Positions 27,591-43,860 of a stretch of DNA of 64,000 nucleotides are shown here, in pieces; position 1 is the stretch's first letter, and each line of letters opens with the position of its first letter. The stretch lies in the NCBI GenBank assembly GCA_964016885.1, contig OZ024749.1:56713585-56777584 (forward strand), in the 5' to 3' direction. The position numbers were made by a program, and so were the translations under genes. Below the pieces are notes generated by a model, which was not told the origin of the DNA, ran no database searches, and saw only the letters and a list, made by a program, of their open reading frames with translations. The stretch comes from Eledone cirrhosa (taxonomy: Eukaryota).

Positions 27591-28106
27591 CTCATCTTGG
27601 ATATTTTCTGACGTCTAGTTTTATAATGTCTAAAACTATTGTTACCAACGAGATTTTGGTTATTCCTGTAGTGGTGGTTATTCTTCGCTGACAATGTTTC
27701 TACAACAATAGCCATTACCACACATTTTATCATATAATTTAAGACGAAGGAAAAATAGATAAGTTCTTGAAATAAATATCTTGCAGAGAACTTCTCTACT
27801 CGTATAGACACAGGAAGAACAATAAGATGAACAACAACGAAAAAAACCCCAGAAAGATAACTATAGAAATGTGAGAAGAACGGCCGTGAGAAATGTTGGA
27901 TAAGGTTTAGGTATTAGACTGAGTAGCGTCGATATAATCACTTCTTCAAATAGAGAGACTTTAAACAGTTTTATTGTTCAAAAAAATACATTGAATGAAT
28001 TAATAATAAAAACAGAAACTTGAATCTAGAGAAGAACAGTGTCGTTGAGATAGACATAAATACACTCACTATTATATATAAAATGTGGGGTGTGTATATA
28101 TATATA

Positions 28107-28187
<81 letters not shown>

Positions 28188-28343
28188 AGTATGTATGTGT
28201 GTGTGTGTATGTATGTGTGTATTGTATATGTGTATATAGATAAGGTTATATATATGTATGTGTGTATTGTATATGTGAATATATATATATAAAATGTGTG
28301 TTTGTATATATATATTTTATATATACTTATACACATATGTATA

Positions 28344-28379
<36 letters not shown>

Positions 28380-28604
28380 TATGTGTATCGATATATGGAT
28401 ATATGTGTTTATATATACACAGTAACAGAGACAGAGTGTAGAGACAGCATACTGTGTTACTAATAGACACTGCACTGATAAAGCTCTGAAGAAACATAAT
28501 CTGTTTAATATTTTATTTTGTCTCTCTTGAAATATATATAACTTTTCAGTACAGTAACATTTCTTGTCTAGTTACTAATTGATAATTCAATACATACGTG
28601 TGTG

Positions 28605-28665
<61 letters not shown>

Positions 28666-28704
28666 CAACCGTGACCATCCCCACTGAAAAGTTTCGTGAA
28701 ATAG

Positions 28705-28950
28705 TCTTTTTAAGACTATATAGAGCATTTGTAGTTTTTCCAAATTGAAGGATGAGCATTAAAGCTTTATTTTATTTTGAGTTAAACTCTATTGGTTTTT
28801 TCCCTGGATTTCACAAAATCTGTGGATAAAATCTCTGTCTTGATTTTTTTTTAATTGAGTTTGAATTATTTTCCCATATCTTACGTTAATTATTTTCCAT
28901 TTTGACGTTATAGCCACTTATATATTATGAAATACTGTTGGCTTCTTGCT
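28705..28950 (-). repeat. Dispersed repeat, inverted homolog of 37576-37825
   Basis: About 250 bp of clear reverse-complement homology, e.g. caaattgaaggatgag and actgttggcttcttgct. Confidence 0.85.
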
Positions 28951-28967
28951 CACAATAATTTCTGTAT

Positions 28968-29006
<39 letters not shown>

Positions 29007-29234
29007 GTTGGTTTTTCATTTTAATTTATCCTTTTAATTATAATGTATTTCCTATACTTCTCCTAGCTTATATTCTCTTCACGCTGGTGGTTTTATAAAT
29101 CTTGTAAATGAAAACACACTCTCCTGTGTTTTTCCTCTCTATATTGTATTTTCAAGTGCCCAGGAAAACCTTTTCATTCGAGCTCATTAAATTACAGGGT
29201 TATACGCGAGTCCTTTACTCCGTTACTTTACTTG

Positions 29235-29269
<35 letters not shown>

Positions 29270-29447
29270 ATTAAAATAACAGATTAAAGTTTAAGCAAAG
29301 AATCGCTGCTTTCACCCTTAACGGGATCTACTGAAACTAAAAAGAAAGAAAATCAACCTCTCGATTGATTATTTTTTTAGTTTCAGAATATCCCGTTAAG
29401 GGTGAAAGCAGCAATTCTTTGCTTAAACTTTAATCTGTTATTTTAAT
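29270..29447. mobile_element. Foldback (~75 bp arms) with degenerate hammerhead, family C
   Basis: 29270-29343 is inverted vs 29374-29447. Arms contain t-ccc-gttaa-ggg-t-GAAA. Related fragments at 52810-52850 and 54012-54065. Confidence 0.7.
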
Positions 29448-30020
29448 AAATATTTGCTCTACGGTTCTTATATATTTGATATATATTTATCCTTATCGAG
29501 ACCTCTTTGGATTTTAGTCGTCACATTTATTATATTACTATATATATATATTCAAAATAACATCAATCTATTTTTTTAAAAGAAACGTTATTTGGCAATC
29601 CATGAGAGTGCTGTAAATATTTGCTCTGTCTGCATGTGTGCATATGTACATGCACATATGTCGATATATATTATATATTGAAATGTTTGTGTAACTGAGT
29701 GCGCGACATTGTGTGTAGCTGGGTATTTCCTGGCGAGTCTCTGTATATGTGAGTCTCTGTATATGTGTGTGTGTATATGTGAGTCTCTGTATATGGGAAT
29801 GTGTGTGTATGTGTGTGTATGTGTGTGTGAATGTGTGTGTGTGTGTGTGCGTGAATGTGTGTGTGTAGTATGTATGTGCGTGTGTGTGTGTGTATGGGTG
29901 TGTGTGTGTATATGTGTGTGTCAACACATGCAGCTGCATATTTCTATGCTTTTGTATTTTGTATCTGCTTGTGCTGTTATATATACACACGCACACATAT
30001 ACACACACACACACACACAT

Positions 30021-30051
<31 letters not shown>

Positions 30052-30056
30052 CACAC

Positions 30057-30087
<31 letters not shown>

Positions 30088-30700
30088 CACATATATATAT
30101 ACACACATATATATATACATTATATATATATATACAGACATATATATATATATATATACATAAATTATATATATACATACATTATATATATATTTACATT
30201 ATATATATACATACATTATATATATATATATATACATACATTATATATATACATACATTATATATATACATACATTATATATACATACATTATATATATA
30301 TATACACATATATATATATATATACACATATATATATACATACACACATATATATATATATACACATATATATATATATATATACACATATATATACATA
30401 CGCATATCTATATATACATACGCATATCTATATATACATACACATATCTATATATACACACATATATATATATACGCACACACATATATATATATACACA
30501 CACATATATATATATACACACATATATATATACACACATATATATATACACACATATATATATACACATATATATATATATACACACACATATATATACA
30601 CATATATATATATACACATATATATATATACACACATATATATATACACATATATATATACACATACATATATATATACACATATATATATATATTCACA

Positions 30701-30740
<40 letters not shown>

Positions 30741-31477
30741 CATATATATATACACACATATATATATATACATATATATATATATACACACATATATATA
30801 TATACATATATATATATATACATATATATATACACATATATATATACACACATATATATATAGACATATATATATACACACATATATATATATATACAGA
30901 TATATACATATACACACATTATATATATATATATACATACACATCATATATATATATACACATTATATATATATATACATATTATATATATATATATACA
31001 CACACACATATATATATATATATACACATTATATATATATATATAGACATTATACATACACATATATACATATATATACATTATATATATACATTTATTA
31101 CTATATATATATATACACACACATTATATATATATATACACACTATATATATATATACACACACATTATATATATATATATATTTCACACACAAAAACAA
31201 GATGGCGTAGGACAGAACAAAGGAGAGGCACAAAAAACAAAGAAAAGAATCCCCAGTCACAGAATGTGTGACGAAAGAACTTTGACAATATATAAACAAC
31301 CACCTGGTTGTGGAACGAACCAACCAACCGGAAATTTATAAATTCCTAAATTCTTAAATTTATTATAATAAATTGAAGTGAAAGCAACTGGTGCGTGTGT
31401 TTCTTATTGGTAACATGACCCTCCCACAGTATAACAATATATATATATATATACACGTTATATATATATATATATGT

Positions 31478-31693
31478 ATATTGTTATACTTGGGGAGGGT
31501 CATATTTGTGTAATAATATTGCCAGAATTAATAACAGAACACACTCACTGTTTGGTTGGTTTTCGCTTCTGTGTCTTTTATATCGGTTAATTTAAAGACA
31601 CAGAAGCGAAAACCAACCAAACAGTGGTGCGTTCTGTTATTAATTCTGGCAATATTATTACACAAATATGACCCTCCCCAAGTATAACAATAT
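31478..31693. mobile_element. Foldback (~100 bp arms) built from an LTR-like end
   Basis: 31478-31578 is the reverse complement of 31594-31693 with termini TGTTATA...TATAACA. A related end with AATAAA lies upstream at ~31270-31436. Confidence 0.75.
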
Positions 31694-31750
31694 TTGTTTC
31701 GACACACGATTTCATATTAAAAACCTCGCAAAACTAATTCATCGCCGTTA

Positions 31751-31847
<97 letters not shown>

Positions 31848-31860
31848 TATATATACACAC

Positions 31861-31897
<37 letters not shown>

Positions 31898-32172
31898 TCG
31901 TGTTATCCGTGTGTGTGCGTATGTGAGTTTTATTTGCACATGTCAAGGCTACCCCCAGCAACGACGAAAGTTTTTCTCAGTAAACTTGTCCTTCAACTCA
32001 ATTCAACAATTTCAATTCCCATTATATAATCTCGAAACTTAAGAAAAGAAGTTCATTTTCTATTGCAGTAGTCAGACATATTATGATATATACGTCTGCA
32101 TACAGCTTTTCTCTTTTCCCGCCATGACATACCGTCAAATTATATATTACACCATTTATCGAAAAGGTAAGC

Positions 32173-32341
<169 letters not shown>

Positions 32342-32357
32342 TATATATAAGTATATT

Positions 32358-32399
<42 letters not shown>

Positions 32400-32681
32400 T
32401 GTGTATGGGTGTGTGTATATATTTGTGTGTGTGTGTGTGTGTGTGTGCCTGTCTATTTCCATAGCCGTCACTGTGTAATATATGTCTATCATTTTAATTA
32501 TTCATGTGTGAGATTATCTGTCTGTCTGTCTGTTTAGCTAATATTTCCGCCATTTCGTCATAATATATACATGCACATACATACACGTATATATATACAT
32601 ATATATATATACATACATATATATATATACATACATATATATATATACATATATATATATATACATATATACATACATATA

Positions 32682-33195
32682 TGGTGGCTGCCAACTCGTT
32701 TTCGAGTACGGCCACTACTTTATATCCATGGAGGAGACCCCCTACCGATGCGCTGAACGAGTGCGACTTTTTAGTCCAGCCAGCGACTTGAAAACTCTGG
32801 TACAAACACTACACTTGTGACAATTATTGACACATAGTGCTGGGCCCATGGTACCATGTGACGACAAGTGCAGAGAGATCTCCAGATATAAAGCAATGCC
32901 TGTGCCGTGAAGCTTTTATAGTGAGCAAAGGCACTGCACAAAGCCAGTCCCACTCTCTTAACCAAGATGATATTTACCAAAAACAAGAACAAGTCAACAT
33001 CATTGGATACCATCAGGGTTGCAGGTGTTATATCAGAGTTTTCCTTCTCCCAGAATTCTGCCTTGACAAAGGCTAAGGGGTCATCTCTCCCGGTGATTTT
33101 GGATGGCCATTGACCCTTAAGAGCTCCTTTGCCCTTTGACAGGTTTTGTTTTTAGTCCTGCAGGATGTCCAAAGTCACCCTCCTCACCAAGAAAC
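32682..33195 (-). mobile_element. Non-autonomous bipartite RTE-type retroelement, copy 2
   Basis: Nearly identical to copy 1. 5'-truncated at ...gtcaccctcctcaccaagaaac. Flanked by TA/TACA repeats. Confidence 0.8.
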
Positions 33196-33216
33196 ATACA
33201 TATATACATACATATA

Positions 33217-33283
<67 letters not shown>

Positions 33284-35134
33284 GGAGAGAGAGAGAGAGA
33301 TTAATTTACAGAGACTCAGGTTATTCTACACAGGTATCCGCCGACATAGGTTCACATAGATAAGCAGCCACGGTGTGTCATTATGTATGTTTCCAGGTAT
33401 CACGGTAAACATATGTGTTACATGTTTGTTCTCATCGCTAAAATACTTGCTTTGCGTGTCTCCCCTTATAACGGACATTTATCAGTCACTAGTTGAATAT
33501 AGATGAAGACCTCTACTTCTCTCGCTTAATTAACTCCAACGAGGCTTTATGTTACCGCTCCAGTTCATTAACACTGTTAATTGCATTACAATTCTCACCT
33601 AATCAATCCCTTTCAATACGACCTACAGATCCAATTACCGTCTCCTAATGCGGCTTAATTGCAATCCCACCATTCTCTTTCTCCGATTCTGCCAACGAAT
33701 ATTTTCTTTGAACGCTTACTGCGCAGCTTACCAGCCATTGCTGAACCGAGTTTATAAATCTTATGTAATTCAAACCTTTCTATTTATCGATTCTGAAACC
33801 TTAATCTAATGGCAGTTCCGTTGAATTGGATCAGTTGATTTCGTATCATTTTCCCAGTAGTTTTAGTTGTAACTATTGTTGTTGTTATCATTGTTGTTTG
33901 TTTGGGCAGCTCCCGTTTGCATTAGGCAAAGAAAAGCAAGTAAAGATTCTATCATCGATTGGGAATATACGACTGAATGCTCCCATGCCTATCCAGACCC
34001 CAACACTTACCGGAGATATGGTTTAAGGTTTTTGGCCATTAGCAATTTATAATTCTATTTATGAGCAGATGCTATTGACTGTTAGATAAGGTGTCGGCTC
34101 TCGCATCTAAAGAGACGTAAGTTTATACGAAGACCTCATGATGAGCGTCTATCATTTTAGTATGGCAGACATCTTAGCTGGCCATCTTTATCACAATAGA
34201 GACTGAGATTCACATTGTAATTGTGTTTGTTGCATTTGGTGTTTAGCTCCAGGTCAGCTATATATCTGTTTGTATGAACACAGTGTATCTAGGACTATAT
34301 TATTCAATTTGTCCTTCTAGAGAGAGTTTAGTAAGGCTGAGAGAACATATGAATGTTCATTAACAAGAATATTACAGGGACATGCTAAATTCAAGTGTGA
34401 TTATTATTATTGGGTATGCTTAAGGCCTGTATTTGGAAGCAAAATAAATAATAAAAGAGTGGGGGTCATTTAATAAATGTCGCGAGTTTGAATAAGTTTG
34501 TATTCCATGGTGAGATGGGGTACCGATATTGGGAGAAAGGTCTGTATACGGAGATTGCCATCACACAAACACAGCAAACGACTACACTGATATATAATAA
34601 ATTCAGGTGCCTGTTATTCATAGAATATACAGAGTGTTTACTCTTTTACTCTTTTACCTGTTCCAGCCATCCGGCTGAGGCCATACTGGGGCACCACCCT
34701 AGGTGTTTCAAAATGTTTGACATCATTTGAGATGTAAATATCCCAGAAACTACAAAGTTTAGGATAACAAGACTGAGCAGGTTTAATGTTGAGTAACATA
34801 AGATTTATTCCACAAAATTTGTCAAACTTATAACAGTAATTCCCAATATATATTTATATAGTGATACAGAATGAATTCACACACATCTGTTATATAAGCA
34901 TTTATGTGCATTAGCAAGAACTCCTTGTAAATAAAAACATAAACACTACATTATTGAGTTCTGTTTTACCTTGCTGTAAAACTAGACACGCACACATATA
35001 TAGTGGAATACTACATACATATGCCTGTATCATATATGTGTTTGTGTGTGTGTGTGTGTGTGTGCGTCAATACAATTCTTACAATATAGATATTAGCTCT
35101 ATGTTTATATGTTGACGGAATATTCGAAATCGTA

Positions 35135-35181
<47 letters not shown>

Positions 35182-35367
35182 TTATGTATTTAAGGTAAAT
35201 ACTTAACCTAAGTGATTACTACTGAGAATAATTGCTGAGAAATATGTCTTCCTTGAATAATGTGTAAAAATGTCAAGTTATATAGGAAGTCGTAAGTAGC
35301 ACGTAGGAGCAATACAGTTGCTTAAACTTAATATCACTCACATGAACGCTCATATAGATACACACAC

Positions 35368-35411
<44 letters not shown>

Positions 35412-35731
35412 ACAGAGACACATAGACAATATATATATACAATATTGTTGAAATTATTTGACTAATATACTATCGGTGCCCTTTTATATAAACTGAACTC
35501 TCTCTCTCTCTCTCTCTCTGTATATATATATATATATACACACACCCAGCGACCACGAATGGATGAAATGCAAAGTTGCCTTCGGTGGGATTTGAACTTA
35601 GACAGCGACGAGTCGGAATGATTACCACAAAGAATTCTATCTGATGTTCCTATGACTCTAACAACTCCCCGTATATAACTGTTTGAAAGAGAAGTGAGAA
35701 AGACTAACAGATGTCGGAAAGATGTCTTTTT

Positions 35732-35926
35732 GGCTGAAGAGTTCATAGACTGACCAAGATACTCTCATGGAATGACCAAATGAGGTTTATTTTTCAAGAT
35801 AGTCCCTGGATAGAAACAATGCAGCTATTAATAAAAGCAAGTGTTGAAATTAATACAAGTAATATTTCACAGCTCTAGCATCATTCCTCCATAGTCAGCC
35901 TATGAACCTTTCAGCCCAACCTCGTA
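35732..35926. mobile_element. Mariner-type MITE, second copy
   Basis: Inverted homolog of 6542-6745, ending ...cctatgaacctttcagcccaacctcgTA. Confidence 0.75.
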
Positions 35927-36320
35927 CTTGTCTGGAATTACGCTTTGGAAGGAAAATAGGAAGATTTATTATAGAAAGTCTTTCTTTTGAAGTCTTCCAA
36001 ATTAGCAATGTCATTTGAAAATATGTCGTTATACTACATCTAAGTATGGAGTACATATTTGGTAGATGCTCTAATGGAATGGCTTTCCTGATTAGCTAGG
36101 CGGAAAAACGGAAGAATTGGATTAATTATCTTGCTCGGAAATACACCTTCATTAATATATTCTCAGATAAACTTAGTCATATTTGTATCATATATAATCG
36201 AATTATATCAGAGAAGAGTTGTTGTCCAGCAGTGCGAAAATTGTGTAGTCTCTCTCTCTCTACACACACAAACATACACAATATATCTCTATATACATAT
36301 ATACAGACACACACACACAT

Positions 36321-36381
<61 letters not shown>

Positions 36382-36554
36382 GACATACAGACACACACAT
36401 ATATATATATATATACATATATATATACTTCGCCGCCATGTGTGTGTGTGTGTGTGTGTGCTTATGTGTGTTGAAAGAGAAGATCTGAAGACAAAGACTG
36501 TAATATGGAAGGTGAAAAAAAGAGAGAAAATCAAAGTCACAGACAGAATGATAT

Positions 36555-36624
<70 letters not shown>

Positions 36625-36700
36625 ATATGATTAGTTATAAATCTATACATTTGTGATGTATCTATACACACAATCACCGCTAATGTCTACACACACAAGC

Positions 36701-36793
<93 letters not shown>

Positions 36794-37513
36794 ATAGATA
36801 TCTATATATCTATATCTATATGCATATATATAATTACTCATACATTTATGTATATACATATATGTATATACACACACAAACACACACACATTATATATAT
36901 AAGCGAGCTAACAAGGAGTTATCCATCATCGACAGACGAATAACTGTGGCTATAAGTTTTCTGTTAACGGAATTTGCAGACAAGGTATTTATATTACGTA
37001 AATGTAATTTACCAATATGGCAGTTATCGACCTCCTCCGGACCTAGCTTAACATTGGAATTGCTTTGAGAAATCTCTTGAGCAATTCTGAAATTCCTACG
37101 AAAATTTGGAATCTAAAGCTAATATACTGTTAATCGCTGCGTCTTTCTCTGGGATCTACTGTCCTGGAGGCTTCATAAAACTACCGTTATTCTGTCACTT
37201 AACGTAGGAGAGATACATTCTTCTGAAACCACACAACATCAGAAACAGTAAAATAACGTCTCCGGGCTTTACTTCCAGAAAACACTCCTACGTAGCAGCT
37301 TTATATATTAGAAATAACCAAACCTACATAATATATTCCCCCCCGCCCGACACCTACGGCTATATAAAACACTGTTTAATATAGTCCTAGATACACTATG
37401 TCTGTAAAGCAAAGCACAGAATACGTTTAAGTTTAAGGTGTTATAGGTGATTATAGGGAAGGTTAATTTAGGCTATCCTTTATAATAACAACCACAACAA
37501 TGATAACTATATA

Positions 37514-37554
<41 letters not shown>

Positions 37555-37575
37555 GAAAGGTATAGAAAGTATTGT

Positions 37576-37825
37576 AGCAAGAAGCCAACAGTATTCCATA
37601 ATATATAAGTGACTATAGCGTCAAAATGGGAAAATAGTTAACGTAAGATGTGGGAAAAATAATTCAAACTCAATTCAAAAAGAATCAGGATATAGATTTA
37701 TCCAACAGAATTTAGTGAAATCCAGGGAAAAATCAATAGAGCCTTAACTCATGATAAAATAAAGTTTAAATACTCATCCTTCAATTTGGGACAACTACAA
37801 ATGCTCTGTATAGTCTTGAAAAAGA
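37576..37825 (+). repeat. Dispersed repeat, homolog of 28705-28950
   Basis: Reverse-complement homology to 28705-28950. Both copies are TA-flanked. Confidence 0.85.
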
Positions 37826-37970
37826 TTTATATAGTTATATATATATATGGGATCCAGAAACCTTTGGTAAGGGAGTAGTTACATTTTGTGTTTTTCACTT
37901 CCAAATTAAATAGCTCTGTTCTATACATAGAGCACTCTTTTTTCCTTTGCCTTTCCTTCGGAATTATCTA

Positions 37971-38053
<83 letters not shown>

Positions 38054-38242
38054 AAAGGTAAACAGAAATAACAACACAATCGGTACAGTATATGGAAGGA
38101 ATATATTAGGTTAACGCTTGTCCTTCACCAGAAGAAAGAATGGTGATACGAGGGTCCGTCTCGCGAGGGCTTTGCTAGATATCAAAGCAATGTCATAGGA
38201 TAGTAAAGTTAAGTTGTGGTGCAACCTTGACTTCGTTCCTGT

Positions 38243-38302
<60 letters not shown>

Positions 38303-38468
38303 ATACTTCAGTCTGTTATAGAGATATATAGAATATACAATATTATAAAGCTGTGTAAATTTACATTATGAAAATATTGCAAAGGTTTCCACTGAAGAGA
38401 GCAAGATTGGGGAGATGGTAAACCTGGTGGTAGGTTAGAGCCATTGGTTTAGGTTTCAACAGGTAACA

Positions 38469-38557
<89 letters not shown>

Positions 38558-38562
38558 TGTGC

Positions 38563-38606
<44 letters not shown>

Positions 38607-38789
38607 GGGAGATAGATAGATAGATATGTTCACACGTATGCACATACACACGCACGCGCGTGTCGTTACAAATGGCATAATCACGTAATTAAATGCAAGC
38701 TTGCTGTATCACGTGACCCAATCACGTGATGCCGCAGAAACAATTAGAATATATGCGTTTGCAGAGCAATCCCCCTCTACCAACAAACT

Positions 38790-39095
38790 TTCCATCCCCT
38801 CTCTCCCTTCGTGTGTCTTTCCTTCTCTCTCCCTCCCCTCTCTCACTTCATGTGTCTTTCCTTCTCTCTCCATCCCCTCTCTCCCTTCATGTGTCTTTCC
38901 TTCTCTCTCCCTCCTCTCTCTCCCTCACCTCTCTCCTTTCATGTGTCTTTCCTTCTCTCTCCCTCCTCTCTCCCCCTTCCCTCTCTCACTTCATGTGTCT
39001 TTCCTTCTCTCTCTCCCTCTTCTCTCTCCCTCCACTCTCTCCCTTCATGTGTCTTTCCTTCTCTCTCCCTCCCCTCTCTCCCTTCAAGTGTCTTT
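38790..39095. repeat. Pyrimidine-rich minisatellite, ~38-55 bp unit
   Basis: Recurring core cttcatgtgtctttccttctctctcc, about 7 times. Confidence 0.85.
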
Positions 39096-39555
39096 CTTCT
39101 CAACCTCTCTCATTGCAGAATCTCGCCTTTCATGTACTGCATCAAATGGATTAGCAATTTAAAATCCTTGAATGGCGCTCGCTTCAGTCCAACTAAGAAT
39201 AAGACCGACCGAACAAATTGGTCATAGCAATGAAAGCACGCAACAAGCGGCAAACCAGCAATGTCACCAAACTAAACACGTGTCTACAGCTTTAATTGCT
39301 ATTTGCTAGAATGACTCATTTAGAAATGACTTTGATCACGTGACCATTCTTAATACTAATTCAAGTGTTTGTTGCACGGCTTCTCTTGCAGCATGTAATG
39401 CAACATCAGATGCAGTGTAGTAGAGATGTTATACGTACGATTACGTAACGCAGTAATACAACTTTCTAGTCGTTTCTTTTTTGCAGCTAAACATTCGACA
39501 TGTCTAACTGAATAAAAAAAATCCTACATTATACCTTGGACATTGATTTTCTTGT

Positions 39556-39588
<33 letters not shown>

Positions 39589-39611
39589 GACGATTACTAA
39601 TACTACTAATA

Positions 39612-39790
39612 ATAATTATTATTTCTACTATAGGAACAAAGCCAGCAATTTGGCGGGAGGGGAAAGTCGATTAAATCAAACACAGTACATTACTGGTACT
39701 TTATTTTATCGACCAGGTAAGAGTGAAATGTAAAGCTAATCTCAGTGGGTTTTGAACTCAGAATATAAAGCTACGTAACTATATGTCAGG
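39612..39790 (-). mobile_element. tRNA-derived SINE (major family)
   Basis: actggtactttattttatcgacc...tttgaactcagaa is the reverse complement of the family consensus. Confidence 0.75.
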
Positions 39791-40799
39791 CAACGTAGAA
39801 TCTTTTAATAGTGATTTATACAGAGCGGTACCAATGTCTTGTCTGTCCTGAAAGACCGAGGAGCTTGATGAAACATTAGATTTGAACCTTCATACGATGA
39901 GGCTGCACTTCATAGGAAGTTATCTTCGACTAGCAACATATTAAGTATCAACTGTGAAATTATGAAGAGTAAAGTTGAAAAGAAAAGAAAAGAAAAGTAA
40001 ACCTTGTGACCTGAGAATAGGTTGTATCGAAATAAAGACTTCGTCGGTCATCATGGACGGGATTTGAAAATCTAGAAAAATATCGTTAGGCATCTCTTCC
40101 AATACTCTAACGATTACTCCATTTTACCACCTTGGTTTAGCAACACTTTATGTATCGACTCTATTATGATGAAAAGCAAGGTTGACCTTGACAGGAATTT
40201 AAACTGAGAACTCAGAGCGCCAGAACAAATATGATTATAACGTTTAATCCAGCGTTCTAACGGAGCTGCGAATTCAACGTTTGTTTTAATGATTTCCATT
40301 AATTGGAATAAGACCATATTGTTTTAGCATTAAACCAAAGAATTGAATTGGATTTCCTAATATCCCGCCCTGTTATTGGTAATTAATTCTGTCAACTTCG
40401 ATTGATTTAAAAATAAAAAATGATTACCCCTTTCATTTCCCGGTTTTTAATGAAAGAAACTGCCTATGGCTTTAAAATAATTTTGAAAATTATCAAGAAA
40501 TTCGAAATATTGTTCATATAATGGTAAAGCTGGTGTTTGAAGCGTAACTTAAATGTTCTGGCATAACATTATGACGAAATGAACTAGTTCTCAAACAGAA
40601 ACTAGTCGCAATCATCATCATCCTAATAACCATCATCATCGTAATAACCATTATCATTATCACTATCATTTGCAATGTTGCTAAAAGCTCAATGGACTTT
40701 ACTATCTGGAAATTGAGGTTGGTTGAAAAACAAGACATGCCTTCTATAGAGAGTTAGTGGAGGTTTGAGTGACGATGAAAACAGAACAATTCCATATAT

Positions 40800-41570
<771 letters not shown>

Positions 41571-41808
41571 CAGTGATTTTCATAGTAAGAGTAAATTTAC
41601 ATTTGCGTGTGATATAATTAAAATGAAAATTATTAATATAAATATATGAATAAAAGCTAAAATTATAGGAGATGTCTTTGAATAATATTTAAAGTACATT
41701 GGTACTGGACTTTGATAATTACATCGTTTAGATTATGAATCTCTATATGGAAACAGGAAGTAGGTTTATAATCAATTCAAATATTCATAACTATACACAA
41801 ATGCATCG

Positions 41809-41874
<66 letters not shown>

Positions 41875-41890
41875 ATGTGTGTGTGTGTGT

Positions 41891-41936
<46 letters not shown>

Positions 41937-41941
41937 ATGTG

Positions 41942-41978
<37 letters not shown>

Positions 41979-42629
41979 GCATATGTAAGATGTAAGCACA
42001 TATATATTATATATATATATGCATATAAAAGTGCATCTAATATTATACGGTTTATATTAGTAATATCAAAAAGACTGTTTAAATGTTAAATATCTTATAC
42101 AGTTCTTAATTAAAATAATATTATTGATTATTAGTTATCGTTTAGCATCTACAATTATCAACATATTGCTAATCAGTGGTAAGGATCTCTCAGGATATCT
42201 ATCAGTCGTGGGTCTTTGGAGTACAAACCTTCCCCATGCAATTATTTCGGCCCTTATCTTCTTACGCTCAAAGGGGGCTGGGCTCTGCATCCAGCTCATA
42301 TCTCCTAGCTACCCTTCTGATGGCATTTTTTAGCCCTTTGTATATGGAAGATTTGTTGTCTATTTAAACCGTATGGGGTTTTGTTAAAAAGACCTATCTG
42401 GAATTCCTCTCCGTTGCCTCTGCTTCCTGAAATTTTTAAATGTTTTCTTGAGTTGGGAAAACAACGTTTGTTGTCATGGTAGCGGTGAGATGCCAACAGT
42501 GTCATCACCATCACTGCCAACTCTACAATCCTGTCTTACTCAGAGTTACTTCCGGAACGAATAACACAAAGCACTTTATCCAACGTTCTAGTGACTCTAC
42601 CAATTCGCTATCTTTATAACCTTCATTAT

Positions 42630-42810
42630 ATACAGTATCGGTAGAGGGTCGGACGCCATGCTTTGACGCATAGAGTTACGGCCCTTGCCATTCTGAGTTC
42701 AAATCCCGCCGAGGTTAACTTTGCTTTTCATCCTTACGGGGTCGATAAAATAAAGTACCAATAATACACCGAGTAATTGCTGGCCTTGTGCTAAAAGTAG
42801 AAACTAGTAT
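42630..42810 (+). mobile_element. tRNA-derived SINE (major family)
   Basis: cagtatcggtagag...ttctgagttcaaatcccgccgaggttaactttgcttttcatccttacggggtcgataaaataaagtacc. Confidence 0.85.
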
Positions 42811-43669
42811 ATATATTAGCAGCAACTCCTAGTTTATTTATATTACTCGGTAATGTTATATATACATTTTAAAAATGTCATGTTTGGAGACCTTCTTTCA
42901 CTGCATCTCTCAATATATATTCAAGTGAATCCTTCTGCTGATTTTATCTCGGATTTGTTGTTAGGGGACGGCGATCCGTTTCCATAAATCGTCTCCAGTT
43001 ATTCCTATTTCGCTTATATTCGGAGACACGATGACCAAACGAACATATGAAACTGTTTTCAAATTTAAAAGTCTGTTTCCGTACCTGAACTCTCCAGCCT
43101 TCCAGCATATATTCACGCAATCCACAATTACGTATTCTACTTACTTAACTATTGGGTATCTATCTGTAAATTTCACAACTTCCCGGATGTCTTCTGCTCT
43201 TTATAATTATTTGTTGAAACTCCAAGAACTTTTTATTATTTATTTTTCTTATTATACCAAATGGTTTTATCATATTAAGACAACACGTAGCCTAATGGAT
43301 ATTAATGCTGTGTATTTTGTCTTGTCGGTCAATAGCAAACATGATGTCATGCCAGATTCTTTCTGGGTATAGATACAATGTTGACCTTATGTTTCAAAAG
43401 ACTAACCAAGTTTCCGCTCTATACAGAAGACATGACAGCAATAATGTTACAAACAATATTAGTTTTAATGGCATTATGTAAGATGTCCATATATGCGGCA
43501 TTTGTTTAAATACTACTCCCTGCAGTGGGTTGTCTGTGGAGACGGATCAATGGCTGTTCAACAAATGTGCTACCCCAAATAATAAAAGTAAATAAACACA
43601 CACAGGGTAAGAATCACGCATACAGACACCCACAGACATAATACAAAGAGAGAGAGAGAGGAAGAGAGT

Positions 43670-43710
<41 letters not shown>

Positions 43711-43716
43711 AGAGAA

Positions 43717-43749
<33 letters not shown>

Positions 43750-43778
43750 AAGAGAGCAAAGGGGAAGGAAGGGAGAGA

Positions 43779-43860
<82 letters not shown>

